DNA of 64,000 nucleotides from the IMG/VR virus record IMGVR_UViG_3300020084_000003, positions 124,001 through 188,000 of that record; one strand, given 5' to 3'. Within the stretch, counting starts at the first letter, position 1. Every line of letters begins with the position of its first letter. Both the position numbers and the translations under genes were made by a program. Shown here in pieces: positions 1 through 9,524 of the stretch. The notes beneath the pieces are model-generated. The model did no database searches, was not told the DNA's origin, and saw only the letters and a list, made by a program, of their open reading frames with translations.

Positions 1-2
1 GT

Positions 3-248
3 AAGATTAAACTGGTTCCTAGAAAAAGTATCAGTATTGACAATATGTTAATTTCTTCAACTTTCCCTATAAACTTTTTCAATATGTATATTGAATATAC
101 ACCATTTTTTATAGTGAACTTGATTGATGCTGAAAGAAGTATTATTAAAAGTCATTATATAAGATGCTACTTTTCTAATTGCGTAGTGCAGGGGAAAAAT
201 TTGGAGATGCTGGAATATGACAACTGCGAAATCATCACTGCCACTTGA
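3..248 (+). CDS. Partial (5'-truncated) member of the ~140-aa tandem paralog array
   Basis: The frame is open from the window start. It has the C-terminal 'YFSNCVV...YDNCEI' motif seen in the downstream paralogs. Confidence 0.6.
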   Translation, partial: KIKLVPRKSISIDNMLISSTFPINFFNMYIEYTPFFIVNLIDAERSIIKSHYIRCYFSNCVVQGKNLEMLEYDNCEIITAT

Positions 249-282
249 CATTACCCCTCTGTATGATAAAGTGTCATCAGGC

Positions 283-717
283 ATGGACCCATACCAAATT
301 GGTGAAGGCTACAGAGAAACCATCTTTCACAAAAAAGGTGGTTTGTTTTAACTTGAAAAAGAAATAGTGTTGTCTTGTGTAAGATGGCACATTGGAAAAA
401 TGTTTATAATAAGCATCGAAATAAATGGGTTTGTAAAAGAAAAGAACATATCTATACCTATGCCAGATGGCATGGAGCCTATTGTATTTGAGAACAAAGA
501 TTACAAAAATATCTATACACCTGAAAACTTTGTGTATGACAAGGAAGTGGTCATTAAAAATAGAAACCTTGTGAGTGGAGTGATTTTTCGATTCTCTAGA
601 AACTCCGGTTCTGAAATAATAACTGCGCCAATGATATATCAAGATTGCATTTATTATACAAGTCACAAATATATACCTTTAACAATTAATAGTATACAGG
701 AAAACGACAATGGATAG
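283..717 (+). pseudogene. Paralog-array member interrupted by an in-frame TAA at 349-351, or a shorter CDS 367-717
   Basis: ATG 283 is in frame with ORF 367-717. The full span is 144 codons, matching its siblings. A TTGACA promoter element lies at 245, and the C-terminus has 'YQDCIY'. Confidence 0.45.
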
Positions 718-1129
718 TATTGAAGAAGCTATTAAAGAAATATATAAAACGACCTCTTTGAAGTTTGAATATAATGGCATCCATTGTGCAATTCACAAGA
801 AGCTGTTTAATGCGGAACTTTATGTGAATTTGGATCAGGCCGAAGATACAGAAAAGAGAATAGGCAAATATATTGGCTTTGATTTTGAATACGATATAAA
901 CAAGCATTTTCTTCCCAATACGAACATACAAATTCAAAAGAAACCAAATTTTGGCCTTGTTTTTGTCAACGAAGTAAAGCCCATTGAAATAAACCTTACG
1001 CTTGTGAGAAAGGAAGTAGAATATAAAACGAACACGTTATATAAAGGATGTGTTTTCAAAAGATCACAATGTTTAAATCCTGCGCGGTCTATTTTTGATA
1101 ACTGTGAAGGGGTAGATGGTTTAGAATAA
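710..1129 (+). CDS. Hypothetical protein, tandem paralog array
   Basis: 139-aa ORF overlapping the upstream stop, with a 'YKGCVF...FDNCE' motif. Confidence 0.75.
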   Translation: MDSIEEAIKEIYKTTSLKFEYNGIHCAIHKKLFNAELYVNLDQAEDTEKRIGKYIGFDFEYDINKHFLPNTNIQIQKKPNFGLVFVNEVKPIEINLTLVRKEVEYKTNTLYKGCVFKRSQCLNPARSIFDNCEGVDGLE

Positions 1130-1149
1130 CAACTCAATAGGATATAGAT

Positions 1150-1587
1150 ATGGAAAACGAGGTTTCAAAACTTATAGGTCGTTTCTTGGAAATTTCAAAA
1201 AAGAAGAACGATGATTATGAAGAATATTCTACCAGTGTCAAATCAGACGTTGAACCCCAGATGGACATTGCTTTAGAATTTTGGTATGATTTTTGCGAAA
1301 TTGTCGTAACGATATATTGTCATGCGTCAGTTTATGATGCTGAAAAATTCATAGTAGAATTGCCTAGTGGTGAAACGCTGTATTACAACCATTACTCTAC
1401 AAATACGGTCAACATTAGAAACATTGACACGAACGGATATGATATTCTCTTCTTTGTTGTATTTGAAAAAGAATACGAAGAAAAACAAGCAAAAGAAAGG
1501 TTAAATATCAAATATAAAAACTGCGTTGTAAACAATTATATGCTCTCTGATAATTCAGTAGAAGGATGTGAATTTTATGAAAGGTGA
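1150..1587 (+). CDS. Hypothetical protein, tandem paralog array
   Basis: 145 aa with an AGGA RBS and a 'YKNCVV...EGCEF' motif. Confidence 0.75.
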   Translation: MENEVSKLIGRFLEISKKKNDDYEEYSTSVKSDVEPQMDIALEFWYDFCEIVVTIYCHASVYDAEKFIVELPSGETLYYNHYSTNTVNIRNIDTNGYDILFFVVFEKEYEEKQAKERLNIKYKNCVVNNYMLSDNSVEGCEFYER

Positions 1588-1978
1588 TAGTAAAAAACTG
1601 GTGGATATTTACACTAGGCAAATGCAAGGGCTTGATACATCTCCATATAGGATATTGGTTAATCAATCGAAATATTTGGACGTTTATTCTATGGGGGTCG
1701 AAGATATCACTATGGAAGAGTTTGGAATTTCCAATATAGACCATGAACAGTTTAATCTGAAAACCATAAAAGACTCATTTCAAAAACCTGAATTTCATAG
1801 CTTTGAAGTTGATAACTTGATTCTCATATACCCATTAAGATTGACATTTTTTGTGGGAACTATAGAATACCATTTGAATGTAAAACATAATAACTGCATA
1901 TTCAAATTAGGCCAGAAGAAATACTATGAAACTATTAACGAGCATAATTGTGTATGGTGTTTAGATGATGTTGGGTAA
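1577..1978 (+). CDS. Hypothetical protein, tandem paralog array
   Basis: 'HNNCIF...HNCVW' motif. The start is probably MKGDSKK. Confidence 0.7.
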   Translation: MKGDSKKLVDIYTRQMQGLDTSPYRILVNQSKYLDVYSMGVEDITMEEFGISNIDHEQFNLKTIKDSFQKPEFHSFEVDNLILIYPLRLTFFVGTIEYHLNVKHNNCIFKLGQKKYYETINEHNCVWCLDDVG

Positions 1979-2393
1979 AACTGAAAACAAGCTACTTGAA
2001 ATGTCAAAAATAAGTGGAAATGGAGTAACTATAAGCATTGATCCGTATAAAGTAAAAATCATGATTAGATATGATGAATTTTGGCAATTCGCAGATATTA
2101 TTAGCAGTATATTCGATCAGCAAATTTCCGAAGAAGATTTCGAATTCTGCAAAGTTGTATATGGTGGTGCAATTGCGCCTGATGCAAAATACTTCATAAA
2201 CTCCTCTAGTTTTGCACATTTTCAAAACATGAAATTGGAAAAGCCCATATTGATAAATGGTAGAATAAAATCCACTAATCTTTATATCATCAATATGGAT
2301 TACACCAATTGCGTATTTGAATGTGAAAAGCCAGTAACAAAAATATATAAAATTGCCAGAAGCGATAAAGACTGCATATGGAGCAAAACATGA
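1965..2393 (+). CDS. Hypothetical protein, tandem paralog array
   Basis: Shares 'FAHFxNM..KPI.I...INMDYTxCxFxC' with the next ORF. Confidence 0.75.
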   Translation: MMLGKTENKLLEMSKISGNGVTISIDPYKVKIMIRYDEFWQFADIISSIFDQQISEEDFEFCKVVYGGAIAPDAKYFINSSSFAHFQNMKLEKPILINGRIKSTNLYIINMDYTNCVFECEKPVTKIYKIARSDKDCIWSKT

Positions 2394-2794
2394 GCATTGA
2401 AGAGACAATATTGGAACATTCCAAACATTCTAGAATTTTTATATTACTCAATAGTTCAAAAAACTACGATGTGCTAGAATATAATTACAGCAATTTCGGT
2501 GAATTTCAGGCAGAGATTGAAACCCTATTCAATGTGGATATAGAGAAAGATGATTTTGAGATATACGTGGATGATCCAATTACAGATATGCAACTGTTTA
2601 GGTATAAACATCAATTCGCTCATTTCAAAAACATGCATTTTAAAAAGCCCATAGTAATACGAGCATCATATGCATATGGAGATATATACCACTATATAAA
2701 CATGGACTATACTAGTTGCATATTTGATTGCAGTGAAAAATTGGTTAATACTAGATCAAGGGTCAAAACGGATTGTATATATTTGGGTGATTAA
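2390..2794 (+). CDS. Hypothetical protein, tandem paralog array
   Basis: Clear paralog of 1965-2393, with an ATGA overlap. Confidence 0.75.
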   Translation: MSIEETILEHSKHSRIFILLNSSKNYDVLEYNYSNFGEFQAEIETLFNVDIEKDDFEIYVDDPITDMQLFRYKHQFAHFKNMHFKKPIVIRASYAYGDIYHYINMDYTSCIFDCSEKLVNTRSRVKTDCIYLGD

Positions 2795-2806
2795 AAGGGT
2801 ATTGAA

Positions 2807-3226
2807 ATGAAGAATGACATAAGCAAATTTATCGGCTATTATGTGAATATGGCTAAAAAAGGAGAATTTCTGGATGAGATTGTTGATTCAATTTCTGAAA
2901 TTAAAATAGAAGTCAATTCATATGTGGGTTCCCAACATGCTCGATATTTAGATATTGAAGTAATTACACCATACCATATAGGAAATGACCCAATTATGCT
3001 TTTACCATCGAATGAAATATTTCATTTATATCATGATTTGATCGTATTGAAAAACCTCGCATTTAACGATATCCGAATACATATAGAAACCGATACTCCA
3101 TTTCCTAAAAATACGATCAATGTAAATGACGCATATAGATATAAAATCGAAATGATTAATTGCGTTTGTCCCGATTATAAAAGGGACATATATGAATTTA
3201 AAAACTGTGAAATATTTTCATGCTAG
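2807..3226 (+). CDS. Hypothetical protein, tandem paralog array
   Basis: The N-terminus MKNDISKFIG resembles MENEVSKLIG of 1150. It has a 'INCVC...FKNCEIF' motif. Confidence 0.75.
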   Translation: MKNDISKFIGYYVNMAKKGEFLDEIVDSISEIKIEVNSYVGSQHARYLDIEVITPYHIGNDPIMLLPSNEIFHLYHDLIVLKNLAFNDIRIHIETDTPFPKNTINVNDAYRYKIEMINCVCPDYKRDIYEFKNCEIFSC

Positions 3227-3485
3227 TTTGAGACACAACTAGGCAAAAGAACAAACCGTGAACAAAAAATCAGCTTGACAAAAATCGTGATTCTAAGATA
3301 TTCTGGTGGTGGACCCGAATCGAAATATGAGAATCAAAAAGAGCCAAGAATATCATAGGATCGAAACATGCGTCAAGTAAAAATAAGAACGAGGTTTTTT
3401 CATTTTAGGGCTTGCATTGAGATTGATTCTTCCCTAGATATGAAATCACCGAAACGGCGAACCCGCCAGCAAAAGGACAGTTATC

Positions 3486-3674
3486 ATGACCTACGATCAA
3501 GCCAATGCCGCCGCCCGCGTCCTGCGTGAAGCTGGTCAATATGATGCAGCAGAACATATGGAGGTAGTCGCGGAAACTGCCCGTCGCCAGCATTTCCAAG
3601 ACATGGCACAGAAATGCTATGACGACCCGGATTTTGCACTAGCCTATGAAGAGGACATGCGAGAATTTAGATAG
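3486..3674 (+). CDS. Small hypothetical early protein
   Basis: Own promoter, AAGGA RBS, and a terminator AAAAAGCCCTTTGGGGCTTTTTT at 3676-3700. Confidence 0.75.
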   Translation: MTYDQANAAARVLREAGQYDAAEHMEVVAETARRQHFQDMAQKCYDDPDFALAYEEDMREFR

Positions 3675-4000
3675 GAAAAAAGCCCTTTGGGGCTTTTTTT
3701 AATGCGTCCTGAGAACAAAACGTGAACGTGAAAACACCCCTGTTTTTGGCCTCTGAGCGGCCTTTGATGTTTCCGGGTAGGGTGATGAGGCATGACGGCG
3801 CAACGGGCTTCTACGGGCAAAATAGAGCGTCTGGGAACGTGTCTGCATCGGAACATGAGTCTTAGGGTATCAACTCGGCAAAAGAACAAACCATGAACAA
3901 AAAAAGATTCAAAAAAATGCGTTTTCCCTATTGCGAATCGGAACGGGAACGCATATTCTTTAGTTATAGAGACAGACACACACCAACCCCGGAGGCTACC

Positions 4001-4234
4001 ATGACCGCTCGCATCCAACTCGACACCTTCAACGGTCGCGGCTCGCAGCATCACCTGAAAAATCCGAAGACCCCGGCAGAAGAAAAAGCCCTGATCGCGG
4101 GCGGCTCTAAAGTCCGGTTTCAATCCACCCCTATCTCGAAAAAAGAAGAGGCGGAAAATTTCATCGCCGCCCGTGCGAAACTCGCCCGCAACAGCAAGGC
4201 AAAAGTCACTCTGGAAAAAGCCCCTTGGGAATAA
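4001..4234 (+). CDS. Small basic protein, VxLxxxPW-tail family (MTARIQLDTFNGRGSQHHLK...VTLEKAPWE)
   Basis: GGAGG RBS at 3991. Close paralog of 7841-8071. Confidence 0.8.
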   Translation: MTARIQLDTFNGRGSQHHLKNPKTPAEEKALIAGGSKVRFQSTPISKKEEAENFIAARAKLARNSKAKVTLEKAPWE

Positions 4235-4485
4235 GGGGAACGGGCGGGGGAAACCCCGCCTTCCTTGTTTCACGTGAAACAATCTCGCAATGAAAAAAGT
4301 TGAAAAAGGGGATTGACCAAAATCAGCAAGGCATGATATTCTGAAATAGAATCAAAAATTTTTTAGATGATTCGCATGAAGATTCTATTTCAGAATATCA
4401 CCGAATCACGATATCCGTCAAGAGGAAAAATCGTTCACGTTTTGTTCTCTATGGGGAAAAAGAAAAAGCCCCGAAGGGCTTGATC

Positions 4486-4764
4486 TTATGCCGCGAGGGC
4501 TTTCATCAAAATGTCTTCAAGTTCGGTTTCTTCCGGTTCATCTTCATAGATGCGGTTTTCCATGAAGAGCGGACCTTGCCACTTGTCCAACATGAAATTG
4601 AATTGCTTGCGGACAAGGCGCATTTTCCACTGAGTCCGAACCGAAATGAATTCGTCCATATAGAAAGAGGTATCAAATTCCATGATTTCCGAAAAAGTCA
4701 TGGCGGCGATTTCCGCGCGGATGGCGACGAAAGCAGCGCGGGCGAGTTTTTTGGATGTAAACAT
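4486..4764 (-). CDS. Hypothetical early protein (MFTSKKLA...)
   Basis: AAAGGA RBS and terminator AAAAAGCCCCGAAGGGCTT. Confidence 0.7.
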   Translation of the reverse strand: MFTSKKLARAAFVAIRAEIAAMTFSEIMEFDTSFYMDEFISVRTQWKMRLVRKQFNFMLDKWQGPLFMENRIYEDEPEETELEDILMKALAA

Positions 4765-4991
4765 GGCTGATCCTTTCCAGATCAAGAGGGTTAAAGCTGG
4801 CCGGAACCTCGTTCCGTTAAGACATAGATAGACCATGATTCTGATTCCCGCAAGAGATATTTTCAACTATTTTTCAGTTATTTTGGGGATTGACGCATTG
4901 CAATATCCTATGATATTCTTCCCGCCAGACCGAATCACGTTCACGTTTTGTTCTCTATAGGGAAAAAGAAAAAGCCCCGAAGGGCTTGATC

Positions 4992-5114
4992 TTATTTTTC
5001 CCAAGGGGCTTTTGGCAGGCTGACCGGTTTTTTCGGGGTTTCCACTACCATCTGCGCGAGTTTGGCATCGGTGGAGTTGAGGGCAGTCACTTGGATCATC
5101 TTTTGAACGAACAT
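4992..5114 (-). CDS. 40-aa peptide, VxLxxxPW-tail family (MFVQKMIQVTAL...PVSLPKAPWEK); not in the ORF track
   Basis: Read by hand. It has an AAGGA RBS, an upstream promoter and a downstream terminator. Confidence 0.7.
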   Translation of the reverse strand: MFVQKMIQVTALNSTDAKLAQMVVETPKKPVSLPKAPWEK

Positions 5115-5488
5115 TTCCGGTCTTCCTTCTCTGGACGCGACCCCTTGCCGCGTTTCCTGATTCCTAGATAGGCCATGATGGCGAGTCGTGCAAGAGGAAA
5201 AATGAAAAAAGTTTGCCCGCCGTAGACCCCTCTATTTTGGCCTGTGACGGGCATTGACGTTTCCGGGTAGGGCGATGCCCCTGTGAGCCTTGCGGGGCTT
5301 CCTACCGCGCCACAGCGACTAGGACGACATACCCCGGACGATCCAGACGTATTTTGTGACGAAAGGAATTGTGCGGATAGTCGGCACGGAATTTCTCGAC
5401 AGTCCGCACAAATAGGTCAGGGAATTGAGTCGCCCATGATACCATCATTTCAACTGTGACAGATGCGAGTCTTGGCTTTTGCATTTTG

Positions 5489-5923
5489 TTATCCCCATTT
5501 ATCAAATAGATTTCGACATTCATTATGCCATTCTTTCACAGATTTATTATATTCCAAATCACCTTTTAGAAATTCAGCATATGAAATTGCATCCTTTTCT
5601 CGGAAGAAAAGGAAATGGGCGTTGTATCCATTAAGCCCGCCGATATTGTAATCTTTAAGTGATCCGCCAGAAGAATATTCTTCACCCGTATATTGTGAAA
5701 TATAGGTATATGCAAAAGAACCTTTTTTGGTAAATGTTTCATCTTCATATTCAACGCCATTAATTTCATTAAATGACGCAATTTTAGTGAAATGTCTTTT
5801 AGCCAAATACCCGCCTTGCGATACTTCCCAAATATCGGAACCAGTGAGCAAATGCATTTGCTCGACTGTTTCAATTGCGCCTTTAGGATATTCCCGCGCA
5901 GTTGTTCCTTTAAGTTTAATCAT
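5489..5923 (-). CDS. Hypothetical protein
   Basis: 144-aa ORF with an AAGGA RBS. Confidence 0.65.
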   Translation of the reverse strand: MIKLKGTTAREYPKGAIETVEQMHLLTGSDIWEVSQGGYLAKRHFTKIASFNEINGVEYEDETFTKKGSFAYTYISQYTGEEYSSGGSLKDYNIGGLNGYNAHFLFFREKDAISYAEFLKGDLEYNKSVKEWHNECRNLFDKWG

Positions 5924-5952
5924 GTCTTTATCCTTTCCCTATATGTGGCCCC

Positions 5953-6219
5953 TTATCGGGACCACTTGCGATTGATGTTCCACTTTTCCACGACGAGTCC
6001 CGTTTCCGTTTCATCCGTCACGATATACGCGACAGTTTTCTTGACGAGGGCGAAACGGGTTTCTTGATTTGGCCCGACAAAAACCAGATGTTTATAATCG
6101 CGAAATTTGTCCTCGGGGAACGCAGTTGCGTTCATATACTCGAAAGTTTTGCCGTGATCTTTTTCCACGAACATTCCGGCGATTTTGTCTTGCGAGATAT
6201 GAGCGGGGGCATAGGACAT
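5953..6219 (-). CDS. Hypothetical protein
   Basis: AGGAG RBS and own promoter. Confidence 0.7.
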   Translation of the reverse strand: MSYAPAHISQDKIAGMFVEKDHGKTFEYMNATAFPEDKFRDYKHLVFVGPNQETRFALVKKTVAYIVTDETETGLVVEKWNINRKWSR

Positions 6220-6337
6220 GGCGCAACTCCTTTTGGCGCGGTGGGTTTATCCTGTGATACATGATTCGCCTGTCCATGTCAAACCATTATTTCGCCTTGA
6301 CGCACGAAACCGTTGTGTGCTAGTCGTGGAAGTCTGA

Positions 6338-6571
6338 ATGGCAAGGAAAGGAATCATTGTGCTGCCCACATATTACGCAATTGATATTGTTACATCTCGC
6401 AAGGGCTTGCTAATGATGGCGCAGTTTCTTGGGCTTATGGCTTACGGAAATGATTTTGTGCAAGGCAATCGCATGATGACATATGACGCGCGAAACAAGG
6501 TTTTGAGCGTTACGATGACAAAACAAGACGCACTAAAACTGTCGGAAAAATTCAACTTTGAGTTCCAGTGA
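6338..6571 (+). CDS. Hypothetical protein, paralog of 13754-13972
   Basis: Shared PTYYA..IVT...GNRM..YD...DAL.LS..FNFEF. A parS site follows immediately. Confidence 0.75.
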   Translation: MARKGIIVLPTYYAIDIVTSRKGLLMMAQFLGLMAYGNDFVQGNRMMTYDARNKVLSVTMTKQDALKLSEKFNFEFQ

Positions 6572-6756
6572 TTTGTTTCACGTGAAACAATAGCCTTAGA
6601 GTCTTCTAGGCAAAAGAACAAAACGTGAACAAGATTAGGGCTTGACAGCATCATGATTCGATGATATTCTGGACTAGAGACTCGAATCTTCTGGTGATAA
6701 AAATCAGGTTTTACTTTTAGAATATCATATCGAATCGGGGTAAGTAAAGGGGCAAA

Positions 6757-7158
6757 TTATGCCCCCTGAGTCTTTCTTATTAGTTCGCCCATTTCATAGC
6801 TGAACCCGTGCGACCAACAAAAGCCTTCCCGGTCATACTTTGAATTAACATCATCCCCCGTGGCGTCAAACTGCCAGCGGATAACATCGCCCACACGGGC
6901 GTTAAGTTGGACGGCGAGGGCATGAACCCCGCGAATCCAATCATTATATCGGCGGGTTTCATCCTCAACCCGTTGCGCCTCATTGCTGGCGAGTTGCGCG
7001 ACAAGGTAAGAATAATCCTCGTCAAAAGCCTCGACCGAAGCCCAGACGTTCCAGCCGCGCGGGCGGCACCCGTAAACGTCTTTGTAAAGATCGGAGTAGC
7101 AATCATCCACGATCATGCAAACGGAACCAGCGGCGAATTCTTGGTCTTGAGCGAACAT
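6757..7158 (-). CDS. Hypothetical phage protein (YSDLYKDVYGCRPRG motif)
   Basis: AAGGA RBS before MFAQ. The motif is typical of a widespread phage hypothetical family. Confidence 0.7.
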   Translation of the reverse strand: MFAQDQEFAAGSVCMIVDDCYSDLYKDVYGCRPRGWNVWASVEAFDEDYSYLVAQLASNEAQRVEDETRRYNDWIRGVHALAVQLNARVGDVIRWQFDATGDDVNSKYDREGFCWSHGFSYEMGELIRKTQGA

Positions 7159-7412
7159 GGCGATCATCCTTTTTTGCACAGTTTTCCCTCGGAGCATCGC
7201 GCCCCGCAACACCTACGTAGCAGGGAATCACCCTGCTTGTCAAGCGTATATGCAAAGAAAAAATCGAATTATTTGGGGTTGACAGGCCGGGCGATTCTAC
7301 GATATTCTGAAATAGAGAGTCTATGCGAATCACTTGGAAGATTCGAGATTCTATTTCAGAATATCACACTCAGATTTCATGTAAAGATAAAAAAAGCCCC
7401 GAAGGGCTTAAT

Positions 7413-7586
7413 TTATGAAAACTCCCGGTCTACTATTTCCAGACGTTCCCAGACTTGCGCCCACGTGGAGTCGGCGGGAAGATCACACAGAAACATTTCC
7501 GCGTGGAACGTTGCATTGTTTGCAACGTCAATGGCTTCTTCCAGCGACAGTTCGGGGCGGGCTTGGACTTGGGCGAGGATGGACAT
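7413..7586 (-). CDS. 57-aa acidic hypothetical protein (MSILAQVQARPEL...)
   Basis: Read by hand. AAGGA RBS and a terminator at 7390-7409. Confidence 0.6.
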   Translation of the reverse strand: MSILAQVQARPELSLEEAIDVANNATFHAEMFLCDLPADSTWAQVWERLEIVDREFS

Positions 7587-7840
7587 TTTCAGTTTCCTTC
7601 AAACATGGTTGGTTCCGAGGACGTTCCCCGTGCCTCATACGTAGCTGATTCTTGTGTTTGTGTCAATATAGGAAAAGCATTATTTTAGTTTATTTTTGGG
7701 GTTGACGTAAAAAGTGAGTATGATATTCTGGACTAGACTCTTGATTCTCGCGTTCACGATTCGTTCTCATTGTGGGTTGTTCACGTTTTGTTCTGTTTCA
7801 CGTGAAACAAAAGCCCCCCGTTTCCGAGGGGCTTTTCCTT

Positions 7841-8071
7841 TTACCAAGGCATCGCGGGGAGGGAGACTTTCGCGGTTGACTTGCGGGCGAGGCGGGCGCG
7901 GGCGGCTTTCGCGTTTTCGATTTCTTCCGCTTTCGTGATCGGAGTATGTTGAAAGCGGACCTTGTTCCCGCCAGCGATCAGAGCGGCCTCTTCCGCTTTG
8001 CTTTTGGGGTTTTTCAGGTGGTGTTGGCTTCCGCGACCGTTGAAGGTATCCAGTTGAACCGCTGCGACCAT
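7841..8071 (-). CDS. Small basic protein, VxLxxxPW-tail family (...VSLPAMPW)
   Basis: Paralog of 4001-4234 in inverted orientation. Confidence 0.8.
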   Translation of the reverse strand: MVAAVQLDTFNGRGSQHHLKNPKSKAEEAALIAGGNKVRFQHTPITKAEEIENAKAARARLARKSTAKVSLPAMPW

Positions 8072-8619
8072 CTTTCCGTTCCTTCCGCTGTGGGCCTCTG
8101 CCCGTTTCCATACTTAAAGAATATGCACTCTTGATCCGATTCGCAACCCCCCAAATGCACTTTTTTGAATCTTTTTTGTTCATGATTTGTTCTCAGGTTT
8201 CGCGGCGAAACTGCGTTCACGTTTTGTTCTTTGGCCCTCTATTTTGCGCTGTGAGCGGCCTTGTGGGTTTTCGGGTGTGTGGGTATGGCAAAAGCCCGTA
8301 GGAACCACCTACGGGCTTCTACGGGCTTGTGAGAGGCATTATCGAAAACCTAGTGCCGCTGCGAAAAACTCCTTGAATAGATCGAAGAAGATTAGCAGAG
8401 GAAGGATTACCGCCATCAGCTTGATGATGAGATAAACCTTTAGTAGTGTGATGAATGCCCCCATCAGGTTGTTTTGAGGATGTAAAGAGCAGCCAGACCC
8501 AGAAATCCAAACGCTACGATGAACAACATATTGTTTTCCTTTCACTTTCCTAGCGGGTTTCACAGACACAACTTGCCAGCATCAAATTGGTTTCATGATG
8601 CTGGCAAGATTCTTCTAAG

Positions 8620-8745
8620 TCACTCGTCTTTCAACTGAAATTTCTTGTGAACCCCCGACTCGTATTGCTTGCGGGCGCTTTTGTTCTTGCGCGCGTTGCG
8701 GATTTGTTGCTTGGCGTTGTTCTTGTCGCGCTTTTGGTCTTTCAT
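8620..8745 (-). CDS. 41-aa highly basic peptide (MKDQKRDKNNAKQQIRNARK...)
   Basis: Read by hand. AAGGA RBS and an upstream promoter. Confidence 0.55.
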   Translation of the reverse strand: MKDQKRDKNNAKQQIRNARKNKSARKQYESGVHKKFQLKDE

Positions 8746-8962
8746 GATCCGGGTTTCCTTCTGTTTCCGGGTTTCTGTATCTTGAATGTATGGGGGGCCA
8801 GATGATTCGTCAATAGGAAAAAATAGGAAAGATTCTTTTTATTTGGGGTTGACAGTGTGGGGTGGGGATAATATTCTGAAATAGAATCCAGAATCATCGT
8901 TCACGATTCGTTCTCATGGGGTTTCGCTGCGAAACTGTTTCACGTGAAACAATGACATTGCC

Positions 8963-9154
8963 CTAAAGCAATGCCATAAGTTGAAACATGATGATGATAG
9001 CAGACAAACAAATAGTAAGAAGAAACGAACAAGTCAAAGCGTTAACTGTATCTTTAGCAATCGCGCAACGGATGCTAAGGTTAAGCAAAATCAACCCCAT
9101 CATGCAAAACGTAGCAGTAGCGCAAGAAGCGATGAAAAGAAGAAAGTGTTCCAT
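8963..9154 (-). CDS. Small two-TM membrane protein
   Basis: Hydrophobic 63-aa ORF flanked by two parS sites. Confidence 0.55.
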   Translation of the reverse strand: MEHFLLFIASCATATFCMMGLILLNLSIRCAIAKDTVNALTCSFLLTICLSAIIIMFQLMALL

Positions 9155-9218
9155 ACTATTTTCCTTTTGTTTCACGTGAAACATAGGGGCGGGATGATCC
9201 CGCCCCCTGTTGATTGCA

Positions 9219-9524
9219 TCAGGCTTGCACCGCTTCCGCTTGTGCAGCACGTTCGGCACGTTTCGCCGCGTTGCGTTCCATCGTGGCAACCCACGTCCGC
9301 GCACGGCCCGTCAGGGCAGGAACATGGCGCGGACGACCACGCTTGCCTTCAATCCGTTGTTCCTGAATCTCGACCAGACCAGCCTCGACCAGTTGCGCCG
9401 TCAGGTGACGCGAAGGGATGTTTTCAGCATCGCCCGCCTTGATCGCGACCAGCGCGGCAAGCTTGGCCTCTTTGCTGTTGAAGGTTGCCGGGCGACCACG
9501 GGCGGCTTTGATTTCTTTCGTCAT
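9219..9524 (-). CDS. AT-hook (RGRP) / winged-helix-like DNA-binding protein, copy 1
   Basis: Two RGRP motifs and the pattern 'PSRH...LVEAGLVE...RGRP..VPALTG'. Paralogs at 13167, 23299 and 25705. Confidence 0.75.
   Translation of the reverse strand: MTKEIKAARGRPATFNSKEAKLAALVAIKAGDAENIPSRHLTAQLVEAGLVEIQEQRIEGKRGRPRHVPALTGRARTWVATMERNAAKRAERAAQAEAVQA

Noticed and set aside
3893-4000. Long N-terminal extensions in the ORF track (e.g. 3893, 9713, 13616, 11945, 25211)
   Set aside because: They run through promoter and operator DNA. RBS positions and paralog alignments support the later starts.
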